From: Octopus vulgaris
Taxonomy: Eukaryota
Assembly: GCA_951406725.2 (NCBI GenBank)
Contig: OX597815.1
Location: 159,650,001 to 159,714,000, forward strand
DNA length: 64,000 nucleotides
Direction: 5' to 3'
In this document: positions 62,906-64,000 of the stretch, in pieces
Numbering within the stretch: position 1 is the stretch's first letter
Layout: the number at the start of each line of letters is the position of its first letter
Notes under the pieces: generated by a model
Seen by the model: the letters and a program-made list of their open reading frames with translations, nothing else
What the model was told of the DNA's origin: nothing
Databases searched by the model: none
Made by a program: the position numbers and the translations under genes

Positions 62906-64000
62906 CAAAAAGGACTGGATCTTGTGTTGGATATATGTTGTATAGTGGGTTGAGAACAAATTTTTTACTTCAACAAATGATATTATTCAAGCAATATGAA
63001 GGCAAAAATTTATCTTTAAGGAAGAAAATAGCCAACTTTCCAAAACATACTGCAAGTGAATCAGATTTTGATGTTTTCAGTCCTAGACAAGCTGCTTAAC
63101 TTCAATCTACAATAACACAAGAAGAAAATGGAATAAGACTTCAAGCAGAAAGGTTAAAAATTACTGAAAGGAGACGAATAAATCCCCTGTCATTCTTGTG
63201 AGAAACACAGAGAGAGAGAGAGTGGGTTTTGAGTGGGTGGATGAATGGTTAGACAGGCAGACAGAGGAGAGAGAGAGTGTGTGTGTGTGTGTGTGTGTGT
63301 GTGCACTTGCGCATGTGTGAGAAAGATTAAGATACAAGCAGGAAGAATGATTGTCGTTGATGATGATTTGATATGAAGTGACACAGCCTTAGCATTCTTA
63401 CTCCAAAGGAAATCAGTTTTCCATCATTGGAGTCTTTGCAATGACAGCAAATAAATGACAGGTCTAGTCTTTCAATAAAGTAGGTTTGTTTCTGCTGCAA
63501 ATGGTAGCCAGTCAAGACCATCTCTACATAACTCTGAGTAGAACAGAGAATCAAGGCGATCAAGTTGACTTGAAAACTTAAGGTCAAGATAAAGTGAGAG
63601 AATTTAGTGTCTTTACAAATGATATTGTAATAAAAAAATAATAACACTTAATATTTTTATTACTAAGATTCTGACTTGCATAATTCATTCCATGAACAAA
63701 TACATCCTGTTATTTAGTAAAAGTCAACTATGATATCACCATCCTTTTAATACTTTTTCATTTTGCTTTCTCATAACCACTTACTCCACGCACTTAAGTG
63801 CTCTATAGTATGTCGGTTTCGAATTCTGGCACAAGGCCAGCAATTTTAGTGAAGGGTTTAAGTCAGTTATATCAACCCCAGTGATCTACTGGTACTTATT
63901 TTGTCGACCTGACTGGAGTTTGAATTCAGAACATAAGGACATTCGAAATGCTGTTTGGCATTTTGCCAAGCATGCTAATGATTTTGATAGATCGCTACTT

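Overview
AT-rich, repeat-dominated animal genomic DNA, most likely an octopus (inferred from the tRNA-derived SINE families and the density of (TA)n/(CA)n/(ATT)n microsatellites). Nearly all short ORFs in the track are microsatellite or SINE noise. The main feature is a very young Penelope-like retroelement (RT + CxCx5C linker + C-terminal GIY-YIG, probably Hydra clade) inserted in a (TA)n tract. It forms a ~3.7-kb near-perfect fold-back (1,684-bp arms, 329-bp spacer), and each arm carries a type-I hammerhead ribozyme (HHR) in its 3' UTR. Several other HHR motifs occur in short non-coding elements. The best is a ~380-bp, strongly folding, retrozyme-like insertion at ~54.64-55.02 kb with an intact CUGAUGA/GAAA/GUC core. 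Also present: five decayed mariner copies or fragments, a probable solo LTR, RTE and CR1-type LINE fragments (two with exact 17-bp target duplications), hAT-, piggyBac- and MULE-like MITEs, and a perfect 52-bp inverted repeat. One plausible host coding exon (32852-33024) resembles the N-terminus of PDE7, so much of the window may be intronic. All calls were made by eye, without database searches, and SINE boundaries are approximate.
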